Of a DNA stretch of 64,000 bases, positions 8,637 through 19,235 are shown one piece after another. Source of the DNA: Candidatus Nealsonbacteria bacterium. GTDB lineage: Bacteria > Patescibacteriota > Minisyncoccia > Minisyncoccales > MHMH01. Under the pieces are notes generated by a model, which was given only the letters and a program-made list of their open reading frames with translations, ran no database searches and was not told the DNA's origin. The DNA lies in the NCBI GenBank assembly GCA_016188865.1, contig JACPGX010000001.1, positions 13,197 to 77,196 of the forward strand, in the 5' to 3' direction. How positions within the stretch are numbered: the first letter of the stretch is position 1; every line of letters starts with the position of its first letter. The position numbers were made by a program, and so were the translations under genes.

Positions 8637-9663
8637 AAAGCAATACGATGATGTTTTAGAGCAGCTCAGTTCTCCTGAGCTTCTTTCAAATTGGGTAAGA
8701 TTCGAAGAGCTATCAAAAGAAAAAAAACATCTGGAAAAAATTATAGCCAAAAATGATGAATTGCAGGATTTAAAGAATAAAATAGAGGAGAATAAAGAGA
8801 TACTAAAGGCGCGGGAAGACGGAGAGCTGGTTTCTTTGGCTGAAACCGAAATTAAACAACTCGAAGAAAAAGTAAAAATATTAGAAAAAGAATTTGACAG
8901 CTTATTAAGGGGCGAACAGGAGGAAGATCGCACTTCAGATCATTCGGCCGTAATTGTAGAAATTAGAGCTGGCGCTGGAGGGAACGAAGCTGCTCTTTTC
9001 GCCGGAGACCTTTTTAAAATGTATTCAAAATACGCTGCCTTAAACGACTGGAAGCAAAAAACGCTGGATTCGCACCAAATAGGCATTGGCGGTTTTAAGA
9101 GTCTTTGCTTTGAATTGCAGGGTAGAGATGTTTGGCAAAAAATGCAATACGAGGGCGGAGTGCACAGGGTTCAAAGAATTCCCGTAACTGAAAAACAGGG
9201 CAGAGTTCATACTTCCACTGCTTCAGTGGCTATTTTGCCAAAACCAAAAGAAACACAGCTAAAAATCAACCCTGCTGATTTAAAATTTGAAGTTTCAAAA
9301 GCCACGGGCCCCGGCGGGCAAAATGTCAACAAAAGAATGACGGCCGTCAGAGTAGTTCACTTGCCTACTGGCATTGCCGTTGATTCCCATACAGAAAGGA
9401 ACATGCAGCAGAATAAAGAGAACGCCGTAAGTATTCTTTCAGCAAAACTATTCGAAAAGCAGGAAATAGAAAAATTAGATACTCTTTCAGAAAAAAGGAA
9501 AAGCCAGATTAAGGGCGCCATGAGAGCTGAAAAAATAAGGACTTACAATTTTCCCCAGGACAGAGTCACCGACCACCGTGTTAAAAAATCGTTCCACAAT
9601 ATTGAAGGAATAATGGCCGGCGACCTCGATCCAATCGTCGAAGTTCTTGACAAGTTTTTATAA
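8614..9663 (+). CDS. prfA: Peptide chain release factor 1
   Basis: [12 protein letters not shown] (PxT), GPGGQNVN and [15 protein letters not shown]. Confidence 0.95.
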   Translation: MSNIESIKKQYDDVLEQLSSPELLSNWVRFEELSKEKKHLEKIIAKNDELQDLKNKIEENKEILKAREDGELVSLAETEIKQLEEKVKILEKEFDSLLRGEQEEDRTSDHSAVIVEIRAGAGGNEAALFAGDLFKMYSKYAALNDWKQKTLDSHQIGIGGFKSLCFELQGRDVWQKMQYEGGVHRVQRIPVTEKQGRVHTSTASVAILPKPKETQLKINPADLKFEVSKATGPGGQNVNKRMTAVRVVHLPTGIAVDSHTERNMQQNKENAVSILSAKLFEKQEIEKLDTLSEKRKSQIKGAMRAEKIRTYNFPQDRVTDHRVKKSFHNIEGIMAGDLDPIVEVLDKFL

Positions 9664-9675
9664 TGGGCGTATAAT
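9647..9675 (+). promoter_or_regulatory. Consensus sigma70 promoter
   Basis: Exact TTGACA-N17-TATAAT. Confidence 0.8.
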
Positions 9676-9681
9676 GTACTT

Positions 9682-9925
9682 GTTTATTTAAGGTCGAGGG
9701 CATTGCATTTATGGCGGGCCATTTGTGGTAGTGTGATAGCCGCCCTCCACACTACCCTTCCTCTCTGCATCTTTCAATCAAGTCAAGGATTTAGAGGGGA
9801 GGGTGTTCTAGACTGCCGCATAAGGATTATGTTGGGACACTTAATACCCAACCAGTGGAGATCTAGAACACTTATCCTTAGCAAGGATCAGCCAGTTTCT
9901 CAAAGAGAGCTGGCTTTTTGTTTTA
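9682..9925 (+). ncRNA. Candidate ~240-nt structured ncRNA
   Basis: Consensus promoter, several stems (gtagtgtg/cacactac, gtgttctaga/tctagaacac, gttggg/cccaac), terminator at 9890-9925, and no credible ORF. Confidence 0.5.
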
Positions 9926-9940
9926 CTTAAAATACAAGGA

Positions 9941-9969
9941 AAAATACAGGGGTTGCGCCCCTGTATTTT
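9941..9969. repeat. REP-like hairpin, family 1 (copies at 10493-10515, 10732-10758, 53812-53838, 55778-55804)
   Basis: aaatac(a/g)-cgg-loop-ccg-(t/c)gtattt imperfect palindromes. Confidence 0.8.
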
Positions 9970-9977
9970 TACTCTAA

Positions 9978-10700
9978 TTACTCTAAAACTAGGTCTTTAA
10001 TTTTTTCAAAATCCTTCTTTAATTCTGTTTTATATAAAATCCGGTCTTCAATAGATTTTTTAATCCCATCTGAACCGCCAAAGAATTCCATTACAAAATC
10101 TCTTTTTGTAACCGATGGAAAATTTGGCATTCCAATACAATCTAAGTAGTTCGACCAACGATAAGATTCTAAAAATTGAATGGCTCTTTTAATATATTTC
10201 ACTCCCACCTCTTTCCATTTTTTCTCTATTAATTCAACTGGATTAGTGAAAATATAACAAATTAAAGCCAGTAGCTGTCTATCGTTTTTTACGTGAACAG
10301 CCTTAAAACGACCCTGGAATAAAGAACCCATTCTTTTTCTATTATGTTTTAGATTAAAGTACCCAACATAACTATCGGCTAACTTCTTCATAAAAAGAGA
10401 AATGCCACCATCGACCAATTGTCTTAAAACTAAATGGTAATGATTTGGCATTAAACAAAAGGTAATAACTTCTACTAACATTTCCCTATCAGATACACGG
10501 GTTGCACCCGTGTATTTTCTTTCTTTTCTTTCAGATACCCTATCTCGCATTTTAATTAATTTTTTGTCGTTTAGCTCGTAAAGACAAAAGACAAACCTGA
10601 AATAATCAGAAACTTGTTGAAAAATACTTCTTTTTTCTACCCCTCTGTTAAAAATATGGTAAAGTTGTCCGGCAATAAATTGTGGTCGTTGTGATGGCAT
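9978..10700 (-). CDS. REP-associated tyrosine transposase (RAYT, HUH Y1)
   Basis: YHIFNRG, FCLMPNHYHL (HUH), YIFTNP and YRWS motifs; flanking REP hairpins. Confidence 0.88.
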   Translation of the reverse strand: MPSQRPQFIAGQLYHIFNRGVEKRSIFQQVSDYFRFVFCLYELNDKKLIKMRDRVSERKERKYTGATRVSDREMLVEVITFCLMPNHYHLVLRQLVDGGISLFMKKLADSYVGYFNLKHNRKRMGSLFQGRFKAVHVKNDRQLLALICYIFTNPVELIEKKWKEVGVKYIKRAIQFLESYRWSNYLDCIGMPNFPSVTKRDFVMEFFGGSDGIKKSIEDRILYKTELKKDFEKIKDLVLE

Positions 10701-10763
10701 ATTACTAAACTCACTATAATTATATCAGATTAAATACACGGGTGTAATCCGTGTATTTTTAAC

Positions 10764-12194
10764 TTATTGGGATAATAAATTGATTTCTTCTTGGTATTGT
10801 TTGGCGCGCTCGATGACTGGTTTGCCATAAGCCTGCTCTTCTAACCATGTCCACGAAGAGCCGGAAAAATATTTCATTGCGGCTTTAAATTCGTTGTTTT
10901 CAGCCCCTAAATCCTTCAAATAAAGCGCTGCTGCTAGAAAAGCGTCTTTAATGTCCCAGGGATCGGGCAAGCTTCCCATAATACCTAAGATTCTTGTTTT
11001 ATATTTAACCCAGGTTGACGGAATAAATTGGGCTGGACCCATAGCCCCTCCCCAACCATACGGCTTACCTCCGGAATAAGCAGTTATCCAGCAAGAAACA
11101 GGTGTTCTCAAGTGGTCCCTTACCAAGCCCTTTGCCTGATTTAACTCCCTGATAATTTCTAGAAAAACTGGCACATCGCGCGTTGGATTCATCGTCCTTA
11201 TGCTTGCCGCCCCCGTTTGGATGCGAGTGCCGTCTCCGGTATTAATATTCTGCAGATAGCACTGGCCGACATTTTCTCCTATCTTGCCGTATCTCATTGA
11301 TTCCTGAGCTAAAATAGAAAGTAAAAAAGCTGCCCTCACTCCTGTCGCCCTTTCTACGTATTGCGCTATCTCTACAGCTTTACCGAATTCTATGCCTCCT
11401 TCAGGCACACCGATTAATTCAAACAAACGGCTTCTAATTTGCGCTGCCACTTTTTCAATTTCCTGTTTTTCTTTCAATTGTTTTTGGTATTCCTCTTCGG
11501 TAATTTTTAAATAATATTCCTGCTGAGTTTTTAATTCTGAATTTTGCTTTTTCTGAAGCGTTTGAAGATATACTTGATCCTCTAAATCATCTTTATTTGA
11601 ATCGAGAGCTTGTTTCTGACTCTCCAGGGTATTTTTTAATGATTTTATATTTGCCAATAGTTCCTGTGTTTCAAAACTTAATGATTCATAAGAAGCCAGA
11701 TTGTCAAAAAATTCAGACATTCCTTCGGCCAGCATTATTTCAATCAAGGTTCTTTGGTCTTCTTCGTTTATCTTTCTTATGACTAAAGACAACCTATCTT
11801 TTATATCTTCAATATGCAAAGAGGTTTTTCCTATGGATAGTTCCGTGTCTTTAATCTGCACGCTTAAGTCGCCGATCATCAAATTAGACTGATAAATTTG
11901 GTATTCTAAGTTTTGTATTTGTTTTCTTAAACTGGAAACTTTATTTTGCAAAGTTTGTTTTTCTTTTTCCGTTTTGCTCAAATCCTGACCGATTCTGGCC
12001 GATTCTTCCTTATAATATTGATCGCATTTTTCTAAAAGCTGGCGGCACTGGGTCGGTTCAATGCTGCTGCAGCTTTTTTCGATATTATTTATATCGCAAA
12101 TCTCAGCAAACTCGCCTTGGGCTGAAATAAAAAACTCCGGCAGCGCTAAAGCCGAAGCAAAAATAATAAAAATTATTTTTGGGACAAATTTCAT
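10764..12194 (-). CDS. Secreted coiled-coil protein with a C-terminal lytic transglycosylase domain
   Basis: Signal peptide, long coiled coil, and QES, GAMGPAQFIPSTW and DPW..DA..AAALYL motifs. Confidence 0.85.
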   Translation of the reverse strand: MKFVPKIIFIIFASALALPEFFISAQGEFAEICDINNIEKSCSSIEPTQCRQLLEKCDQYYKEESARIGQDLSKTEKEKQTLQNKVSSLRKQIQNLEYQIYQSNLMIGDLSVQIKDTELSIGKTSLHIEDIKDRLSLVIRKINEEDQRTLIEIMLAEGMSEFFDNLASYESLSFETQELLANIKSLKNTLESQKQALDSNKDDLEDQVYLQTLQKKQNSELKTQQEYYLKITEEEYQKQLKEKQEIEKVAAQIRSRLFELIGVPEGGIEFGKAVEIAQYVERATGVRAAFLLSILAQESMRYGKIGENVGQCYLQNINTGDGTRIQTGAASIRTMNPTRDVPVFLEIIRELNQAKGLVRDHLRTPVSCWITAYSGGKPYGWGGAMGPAQFIPSTWVKYKTRILGIMGSLPDPWDIKDAFLAAALYLKDLGAENNEFKAAMKYFSGSSWTWLEEQAYGKPVIERAKQYQEEINLLSQ

Positions 12195-12859
12195 TTTTTA
12201 GGAGTTTCCTCTTTATGAGCTTCCTCCTCAACTGGTTTCTTTTCTTTTTCAACAACCTTCACTTCTTCAACTTTTTCCTCAACCGGTTTGGCTAACTCTT
12301 CTTCAACTTTTTCCGGCGGAGCTACAGAAACCACTATTTCATCAAGACCTTTAATAATTTCTACGCCTTGAGCTAATTTTAAGTCTTTGACTAAAATATG
12401 GTCTTCAAAGGTATTCAAGCCGCTAATATTGATAATAATTTCTTTCGGGAGGCTCTGCGGTAAAGCTTTAACTTTAATCTGCGAGATATTCTTAATTAAA
12501 GTCCCTCCCAGGTCTTTGACGGCTAAAGATTCTCCTTCCAAAACTACCGGGATATCAACTTCAATTTTTTCTTCAAGAGACGGCTGATATAAATCAACGT
12601 GCATAAACTGGCCGGTTAGGGAATCCTTCGCTGGATTATGAACCAAAACCAAATACTTCTCTTTATTGCTCAATTCAAGCGAAATTAACGTATTCTCTCC
12701 AGCTTCTTTATAAACTTTTTCAAACTCTTTCAGGTTAATTTCTAACGATTGATTTTTAATTTTAGGCCCATACAAAACAGCGGGCAATAAGCCTTTTTGG
12801 CGGAGATTTTTCACTTTTTTGCCGAGTTCTTTACGAATTTTGGCTGATAAAATAATCAT
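12191..12859 (-). CDS. rplY: 50S ribosomal protein L25 (Ctc form)
   Basis: LRQKGLLPAVLYG, HVDLY and an acidic tail. Confidence 0.93.
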   Translation of the reverse strand: MIILSAKIRKELGKKVKNLRQKGLLPAVLYGPKIKNQSLEINLKEFEKVYKEAGENTLISLELSNKEKYLVLVHNPAKDSLTGQFMHVDLYQPSLEEKIEVDIPVVLEGESLAVKDLGGTLIKNISQIKVKALPQSLPKEIIINISGLNTFEDHILVKDLKLAQGVEIIKGLDEIVVSVAPPEKVEEELAKPVEEKVEEVKVVEKEKKPVEEEAHKEETPKK

Positions 12860-13074
12860 TTTTCTATATGAATGCATTGTACCGGACAAATGTCGGCAGC
12901 TTCCTGATTACAGGCCAAATCAGAAACTTCCAGCTCGTATTTTTCATCTTCTTTCTTGGCAGAACCAAGCAGGTTTATCTTGGCATCATCGCCCATTTCC
13001 CAATTTTTCGGGCAAACCGCCTGGCATGACCCGCAGCCAATGCAAATATTTCTTTCTAATATAATTTTTGACAT
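12856..13074 (-). CDS. Ferredoxin
   Basis: CIGCGSCQAVCP and CPVQCI. Confidence 0.9.
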   Translation of the reverse strand: MSKIILERNICIGCGSCQAVCPKNWEMGDDAKINLLGSAKKEDEKYELEVSDLACNQEAADICPVQCIHIEK

Positions 13075-13077
13075 AAA

Positions 13078-14181
13078 TTATTTTTTCTTAGTGACAAATT
13101 TTTTCTCCAATTCTTTAAGGGTATCCATTACGCCGGTATATTCCAACTCTGACATGGGCAGCATGGCCTGGCCATAGAATCCCTGGCGCCTTATTTCTTC
13201 AGCTTTTTGGGCAACCTTTCTTCTTATATAGTCCCAATAAGGATGGTCAAAAGCATCTGCCGGCTCTGTAAGCTTACCATCTTTCACGCAAAATGCCAAG
13301 CAGCTGACAACTGGAGGCCCGTCAAAGAAAGAAATCGGCGAATTTTTCTTAACCGGCATTAAAGGTCCCGCATGCGAGCCTCTCATAAAGCCAGCCACAA
13401 AGGGGCCTATAGAGTAGGGCGATAAAATCTCGCCAGTTGCTGGAAAATCTTTTTGAGACCGGACTAATGCTACCGGATCGTCTTTGCCTGTATATTTTCC
13501 GGCTATATTATGAAGCCGGGTGGTGCTCACTGAAGCTACCTGCTCGCCAGTGGCTCTTGACCAGACTGATTCAACTACAAATCTGTTGGGGTCTCTCAAT
13601 AAAACAGCGACGTCATAAATGTTTTCGGGCGTATAAAGTTCTATAATCCTGTCGGCTTCAGTATGAGAAACATCCATTATCACGAACTTAAAACCCTTCT
13701 TTATATTCGGCGAAAGCAAAAGTCCGGCATTATGCATGGGGTCGGAAAAGGTTAAATACATGGGCAGACTGTAAGCTCCGGGATCAGTTTTATCGGCCGC
13801 AAACATCAAAAATGGTTCAGCCGGCCTTTCTTCAATCTCCATTTCCGCCACAGCCGGCCCCATACCCTTAACATTTCCGGAAAAACTATCTTTCAATAAA
13901 TCTTGGCCTGCGCCATAAAGACCTTGGGCTTTAGCAATTTTTGTGCCCTCGATAAAAGCATCCCAACAAAGCTTATGAACTTGCTCATTCAAAGTCCCCT
14001 TTGTGTGAGTGCTTAAAATGGCTATATCATCGCCAGTGTGGCCGATATAAGAGTCAATCAATAAACCCTTGCCATGTTCTTTTATATAGCTTTCTACAGT
14101 TTGGAGTAATTTTTCACTCGGCTTTATATGTCCGCCGATTGATCCAATATCGGCTTTAATTATAGATAAGGTTATTTTCAT
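13078..14181 (-). CDS. fbp: Bifunctional fructose-1,6-bisphosphate aldolase/phosphatase (class V)
   Basis: KADIGSIGGH, GLYGAGQDLLKD, GKYTGKDDP, MRGSH and ELEYT motifs. Confidence 0.95.
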   Translation of the reverse strand: MKITLSIIKADIGSIGGHIKPSEKLLQTVESYIKEHGKGLLIDSYIGHTGDDIAILSTHTKGTLNEQVHKLCWDAFIEGTKIAKAQGLYGAGQDLLKDSFSGNVKGMGPAVAEMEIEERPAEPFLMFAADKTDPGAYSLPMYLTFSDPMHNAGLLLSPNIKKGFKFVIMDVSHTEADRIIELYTPENIYDVAVLLRDPNRFVVESVWSRATGEQVASVSTTRLHNIAGKYTGKDDPVALVRSQKDFPATGEILSPYSIGPFVAGFMRGSHAGPLMPVKKNSPISFFDGPPVVSCLAFCVKDGKLTEPADAFDHPYWDYIRRKVAQKAEEIRRQGFYGQAMLPMSELEYTGVMDTLKELEKKFVTKKK

Positions 14182-14226
14182 ATATTTATAAATTAATTAT
14201 ATTTTCATTATATCTCGACTTTTTAA

Positions 14227-16545
14227 TTATACTTTTTTCTTAGATAAATGCAAAATAGTCTTAATAACGGTATCGGGGTTGAGGGAGATTGACTCTATCC
14301 CCTCTCTGACGAGAAATTCGGCAAAGTCCGGAAAATCGGATGGCGCCTGGCCGCAGATTCCGCAGTATTTTCCCCTTTCCTTGCATATTCTTATGACTCT
14401 GGAAATCATATGTTTAACAGCTTCGTTTCTTTCATTACTAATATGGGAAATTAAGGCATTATCCCTATCTATGCCTAAAGCTAATTGAGTTAAATCGTTG
14501 GAACCTACGCTCATTCCATCAAAAATATCCAAAAACGCAGGAGCCAGAATAACATTAGACGGAATTTCGCACATCATAATTACCTTTAGGCCATCAATGC
14601 CTCTCTTCAAGCCAGCTTCCTCTATTATTTTTAAAACCTTTTTTCCCTCTTCCACTGTTCTGCAAAAGGGCACCATTGCCCAAATATTTTTCAAGCCAAA
14701 CTCTTTTCTGGCTTTTTTCATTGCTTGGCATTCCAATAAAAAGGCTTTTTTGAATTTCGGGTCATAATATCTTGAAGCTCCCCTCCAGCCAAGCATAGGA
14801 TTTTCTTCTTTTGGTTCAAACTTTTCTCCGCCTATTAAAGACGCGTATTCGTTGGTTTTAAAATCGGAAAATCTGACAATTACGGGGTGAGGCCAAAAAG
14901 CCGAGGCAATTTGGCCTATGCCTCTGGCTAGCTCATCAACAAAGTAATTGCTTTTTCCCTGCCTGATTAATTCCAATGGATGAGTTTTAATTTTAGAAGC
15001 AATAATGAATTCTTCTCTTGCAAGACCCACTCCCTGATGCGGTAAAAAAGAAGTCTTAAAAGCTAAAGAGGGCTGACCGATGTTAACCATTATTTTTGTT
15101 TTTATTTTAGGTATTCTATCTAAGCTGTATTCGTGCTCCTGCCATTTTAGTTTGCCGCTGTATATTTTCCCAACTTCGCCGCCTGAACAATCCATGGTGA
15201 TAAGATCGCCAGTTTTTAAAACAGCTGTCGCCTGCTTTGCGCCGACAATGCAGGTAACTCCCAACTCCCGAGAAACAATAGCGGCATGGGAAGTTCTCCC
15301 GCCGGTATCGGTGATAATCCCCGAAGACTTTCTCATCACCGGCTCCCAATCTGGATTAGTGGTGGTAGTTACCAATACCTCGCCTTCTTTAAATTCTTTA
15401 ATTTTTTTAATATCTCTTATTACCCTCACTCTCCCGGAAGTTATTTTATCTCCGATAGCAATGCCTTCAGCTAATAATTGAGGCTTTTTTTCTTTTAAAA
15501 TATATTCTTTAAAAATCATCTTTTCTTTGCGGACATGAACGGTTTCCGGCCTTGCCTGCACAATAAAGATTTTGCCTGATTTGCCATCTTTTGCCCATTC
15601 TATATCCATTGGCATGCCATAATGTTTCTCAATCGTAATTGCCCACTTTGCCAATGTTAAAATCTCATCTTCGATTAAACAAAATTTACTGCGATCTTTT
15701 GGAGCAACCAAAACTTCAGCCAATCCGGATTTACTATAAATTATTTTTTTCTTTTTTGTGCCTAAATTTTTAACAATTATGGGCCTGAAACCCTGCTCTA
15801 ATGTTGGCTTAAAAACATAGAATTCATCTGGTATAATTTTCCCCTGAACCACCATTTCGCCAACTCCGTAAGAACCGTTAATCAAGACAACATTGCTAAA
15901 GCCGGTTTCGGTATCCAAAGTAAAAATAACTCCAGCAGATCCCAAGTCCGACCTCACCATTTTCTGCACTCCTACGGATAGAGCAATTTTTAAATGGTCG
16001 AATCTCCCCTTCTCCCTGTAGGAAATAGCTCTGTCGGTGAATAAGGAAGCAATGCATTTTTGAACTGATTTCAATAAGGAATCTTCTCCAAAAACATTCA
16101 AATAAGTTTCATGCTGGCCGGCAAAAGAAGCTGTGGGCAAATCTTCGGCCGTAGCTGAAGATCTTATTGCAACGTCGGTATCTTTGCCGTATTCTTGGCA
16201 AAGTTTTCCGTAAGCTAATTTTAGTTCTTGAGCCAAATCTGTCGGAAAACAAGCATTTAAAATTAAATTTCTTAATTTTTTGCCTCTTTCTTGGAGATTT
16301 TGGACATTAGTAATATCTAAATCTTTTAAGGTCTTTGCTATTTTATCTTTTAATTTATTCTCCTCTATAAACTTCCAATATGCTTTAGCAGTCAAAGCAA
16401 AACCATTGGGGATATTAACTCCCTGAAACGAGAGGTTTCTTTTCATCTCGCCCAAAGAAGCATTTTTCCCTCCAACTAGCGAGACATCTTTAGCCGAAAT
16501 ATCCTTAAACCATAGGATATATTTTTGATATTTTGCTAAGGACAT
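14227..16545 (-). CDS. ppsA: Phosphoenolpyruvate synthase
   Basis: GGKNASLGEM, RSSATAED, TSHAAIVSRE and EENPMLGWRG. Confidence 0.96.
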   Translation of the reverse strand: MSLAKYQKYILWFKDISAKDVSLVGGKNASLGEMKRNLSFQGVNIPNGFALTAKAYWKFIEENKLKDKIAKTLKDLDITNVQNLQERGKKLRNLILNACFPTDLAQELKLAYGKLCQEYGKDTDVAIRSSATAEDLPTASFAGQHETYLNVFGEDSLLKSVQKCIASLFTDRAISYREKGRFDHLKIALSVGVQKMVRSDLGSAGVIFTLDTETGFSNVVLINGSYGVGEMVVQGKIIPDEFYVFKPTLEQGFRPIIVKNLGTKKKKIIYSKSGLAEVLVAPKDRSKFCLIEDEILTLAKWAITIEKHYGMPMDIEWAKDGKSGKIFIVQARPETVHVRKEKMIFKEYILKEKKPQLLAEGIAIGDKITSGRVRVIRDIKKIKEFKEGEVLVTTTTNPDWEPVMRKSSGIITDTGGRTSHAAIVSRELGVTCIVGAKQATAVLKTGDLITMDCSGGEVGKIYSGKLKWQEHEYSLDRIPKIKTKIMVNIGQPSLAFKTSFLPHQGVGLAREEFIIASKIKTHPLELIRQGKSNYFVDELARGIGQIASAFWPHPVIVRFSDFKTNEYASLIGGEKFEPKEENPMLGWRGASRYYDPKFKKAFLLECQAMKKARKEFGLKNIWAMVPFCRTVEEGKKVLKIIEEAGLKRGIDGLKVIMMCEIPSNVILAPAFLDIFDGMSVGSNDLTQLALGIDRDNALISHISNERNEAVKHMISRVIRICKERGKYCGICGQAPSDFPDFAEFLVREGIESISLNPDTVIKTILHLSKKKV

Positions 16546-16979
16546 TGACAGCTTGATGAATTAATTGCCGTACAATTTAACTTTACTGATAAGCCAGCCG
16601 ATTCAACGCACCATGATTTATTGAAATCGGTTCTTAGGGGAGAAGAGGCTGCGAAATTTTTTTTATTAGCGCTTTCAAAACAAGTAATATTTCTGTTGCC
16701 ATTCTCTCTCTTTACGCCTGCTTCCAAAGTCCCAAATTCGCCGCTGTTGCTTAAAGTATTGTCTGCCTCATCGCACACTGCGGTATAAGTTTCAATTCCC
16801 TGCTGGCTATAACTTAATTCAGCGGCATTTCTTAATTGATGCATTAAAGTTTGAATTTGAGCGTCGCTGGCTTGCTGGCGAGTTTGTCCGGCATTAACTA
16901 TGATAAAACTGGCTAACAAACCGATGATGGCTATAACCACCAAAAGCTCAATCAAAGTAAACCCATTTTTTTTATCCAT
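16536..16979 (-). CDS. Type IV pilin-like protein
   Basis: GFTLIELLVVIAIIG prepilin motif and C-terminal cysteines. Confidence 0.9.
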   Translation of the reverse strand: MDKKNGFTLIELLVVIAIIGLLASFIIVNAGQTRQQASDAQIQTLMHQLRNAAELSYSQQGIETYTAVCDEADNTLSNSGEFGTLEAGVKRENGNRNITCFESANKKNFAASSPLRTDFNKSWCVESAGLSVKLNCTAINSSSCQCP

Positions 16980-18834
16980 AAATTAGTTTTTTAATTTTAT
17001 CAACGCTTTCTGGATTGGCTAAAGTTGATAGATCTCCCAGTTCTTCTCCTGTAAATAACTTTCTTAAAATCCTCCTCATAATTTTGCCCGATCTGGTCTT
17101 TGGCAAATCTTCAACTAAATAAATTTCTTTAGGCAAAGCAATGGGGCCGATGCCTTTTTGAATCTGGGCGATTACCTCTCTTTTGATTTCCTCGACAGGC
17201 CTTGCTCCTTTATAAATAACGAAGGTTACCGGCACTTCTCCTTTTATTTTATCGGGAATTCCCACCACGGCGCATTCTGAAATTTCCGGATGATCGTTGA
17301 CGGCAGCTTCCATTTCGCCCGTACTGATTCTATGGCCGGCTACTTTAATTACATCGTCAACCCTACCTATTACTCTAATTAAGCCGTGCTCATCCATAAT
17401 AGCTCCGTCGGAAGTGAAATAAACTTTTTTACCGTATTGAGACCAATAAGTTTCGAGATACTTTTCTGGATTATGGTAAATTCCTCTTAATAAACTCGGG
17501 GCGAAGGGCGGCAGAATAACTAAGTTCCCATGCTTGCCGTTTTGCCCATCCCTGATTTCAGTTTTCACTCCGGGGAATGGCAAACCGGTAAATGCCGGCT
17601 TAAATGGTCCTAATCCCGGCAATGAAGTCAGCAAGATGCCGCCTGTTTCCGTCTGCCACCAGGTGTCGACTATCGGGCATTTTTCTTTCCCCACATTTTT
17701 ATAATACCACAACCAAGCCGACTCATCGATCGGCTCGCCAACTGTGCCCAGCAGTCTTAATTTTTTAAATTGATATTTTTTAATGATATCTTCGCCATAT
17801 TTTTCAAACATTCTAATAGCTGTAGGAGCAGTATAAAATACGGTAACTCCGTATTTTTCAATAATCTGCGCCCACCTATCGGGCGTTGGAAAATCAGGCA
17901 CTCCCTCAAACATCAAAGTGGCAATACCATTCATCAGGGGAGAATAAATAGTATATGTATGACCGGTAATCCAGCCGGGATCGGAAGTACACCAAAAAAC
18001 ATCGTCTTCGTGGAAATCGAAAATATATCTGCCGGTCCAATAAGCCTGAACTGAGTATCCTCCGCAAGCATGCATGCAACCTTTTGGTTTTCCGGTTGAT
18101 CCAGAAGTATAAAGAATAAATTGTAAATCCTCCGAATCCATAAAAACGGCTTTGCAGAAATCATCTTCTTTATGCCAGGGTGCTTTGTTAGATCTTTCTA
18201 CCACGATCAATTTCTTTACCTTCGTTCCTTTAATGCTCTCTTCAACGTTTTTAAATAAATTAATAAGCTGACCTCTCCGATAGTAGCTATCTGCGGTAAT
18301 TAAAACTTTAGCTCCTGTATCCTGCAGCCTCACCTTTAAAGCATTAGGAGAAAAAGCGGAAAATACCACGCTGTGCACGGCTCCTATTCTGGCGCAAGCG
18401 AGCATAGCTATTACTACTTCTGGAATCATGGGCAGATATATGCCCACCCTATCGCCTTTTTTAACTCCCAGTCCCTTAAGATGATTGGCGCATTTGCAAA
18501 CTTCTTTAAAAAGTTCCTGATAGGTAAAAACTTTTGATTTTTCGTTAAGAGACTCAGGCTCCCAAATCAAGGCAATCTTATCTTTTTTCACCACCCAATC
18601 TTTTTCAAAAATATTGGCAGTAATATTTATTTTTCCGCCGGCAAACCACTGAAAATTGGGCGGCTTATGTATAAAGCCCTTTTTCCACAACTTAAACCAA
18701 AAAAGATCTTTGGCTAATTTCTCCCAAAATTTAACCGGATCTTTTGCCGCTTCTTTATAAATTTTCGGATCGCTAACCCAGGCATTTTTTTTAAATTCCT
18801 CGGTTGGATAATATAGTTCGCCCCTTTTAATCAT
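16972..18834 (-). CDS. acs: Acetyl-CoA synthetase (AMP-forming)
   Basis: YTSGSTGKPKG, DTWWQTETGG and PKTRSGKIMRR. Confidence 0.95.
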   Translation of the reverse strand: MIKRGELYYPTEEFKKNAWVSDPKIYKEAAKDPVKFWEKLAKDLFWFKLWKKGFIHKPPNFQWFAGGKINITANIFEKDWVVKKDKIALIWEPESLNEKSKVFTYQELFKEVCKCANHLKGLGVKKGDRVGIYLPMIPEVVIAMLACARIGAVHSVVFSAFSPNALKVRLQDTGAKVLITADSYYRRGQLINLFKNVEESIKGTKVKKLIVVERSNKAPWHKEDDFCKAVFMDSEDLQFILYTSGSTGKPKGCMHACGGYSVQAYWTGRYIFDFHEDDVFWCTSDPGWITGHTYTIYSPLMNGIATLMFEGVPDFPTPDRWAQIIEKYGVTVFYTAPTAIRMFEKYGEDIIKKYQFKKLRLLGTVGEPIDESAWLWYYKNVGKEKCPIVDTWWQTETGGILLTSLPGLGPFKPAFTGLPFPGVKTEIRDGQNGKHGNLVILPPFAPSLLRGIYHNPEKYLETYWSQYGKKVYFTSDGAIMDEHGLIRVIGRVDDVIKVAGHRISTGEMEAAVNDHPEISECAVVGIPDKIKGEVPVTFVIYKGARPVEEIKREVIAQIQKGIGPIALPKEIYLVEDLPKTRSGKIMRRILRKLFTGEELGDLSTLANPESVDKIKKLIYG

Positions 18835-18900
18835 TGATTTATTATACCAATTATCCCGAAAACAAAAAAGCGAACGAGGGTTACCGTTCGCTATAATTTA

Positions 18901-19197
18901 TCATTCGATGTAGCCCCTCTCGCGCCCCCAGCGAAGCCAAGATTGTTTCATCTGTTCAACATCTCCTCGGGCTTCCGCGGGAACTGGGTCATCACCGCTC
19001 AATATTCTCAAGGCCCGATACCAGCTTCCTCCGCGTTCCCTCAAATCTTTCAGAATAAATGGAATAACTCCTTGACCCATAGAAATAATTTTCAAATAAT
19101 TGTCATTGTCCGTGATGCGAGACGGAGAAGACAGAAAATCAGTCTCCTTATGCCATTGATTTGCTAGCTCAACGAATCTTTTCTCTAATTTCTCCAC
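18901..19197 (-). CDS. Hypothetical protein
   Basis: 98-aa ORF, GTG start with AGGAGG SD, followed by a terminator-like hairpin. Confidence 0.7.
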   Translation of the reverse strand: MEKLEKRFVELANQWHKETDFLSSPSRITDNDNYLKIISMGQGVIPFILKDLRERGGSWYRALRILSGDDPVPAEARGDVEQMKQSWLRWGRERGYIE

Positions 19198-19235
19198 TTT
19201 TCCTCCTTATTTTCTTTTTTTGTTTACTTTCTGTC

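Noticed and set aside
9703..9930. 75-aa ORF
   Set aside because: TTG start, runs through a terminator, and the region is better explained by RNA structure.
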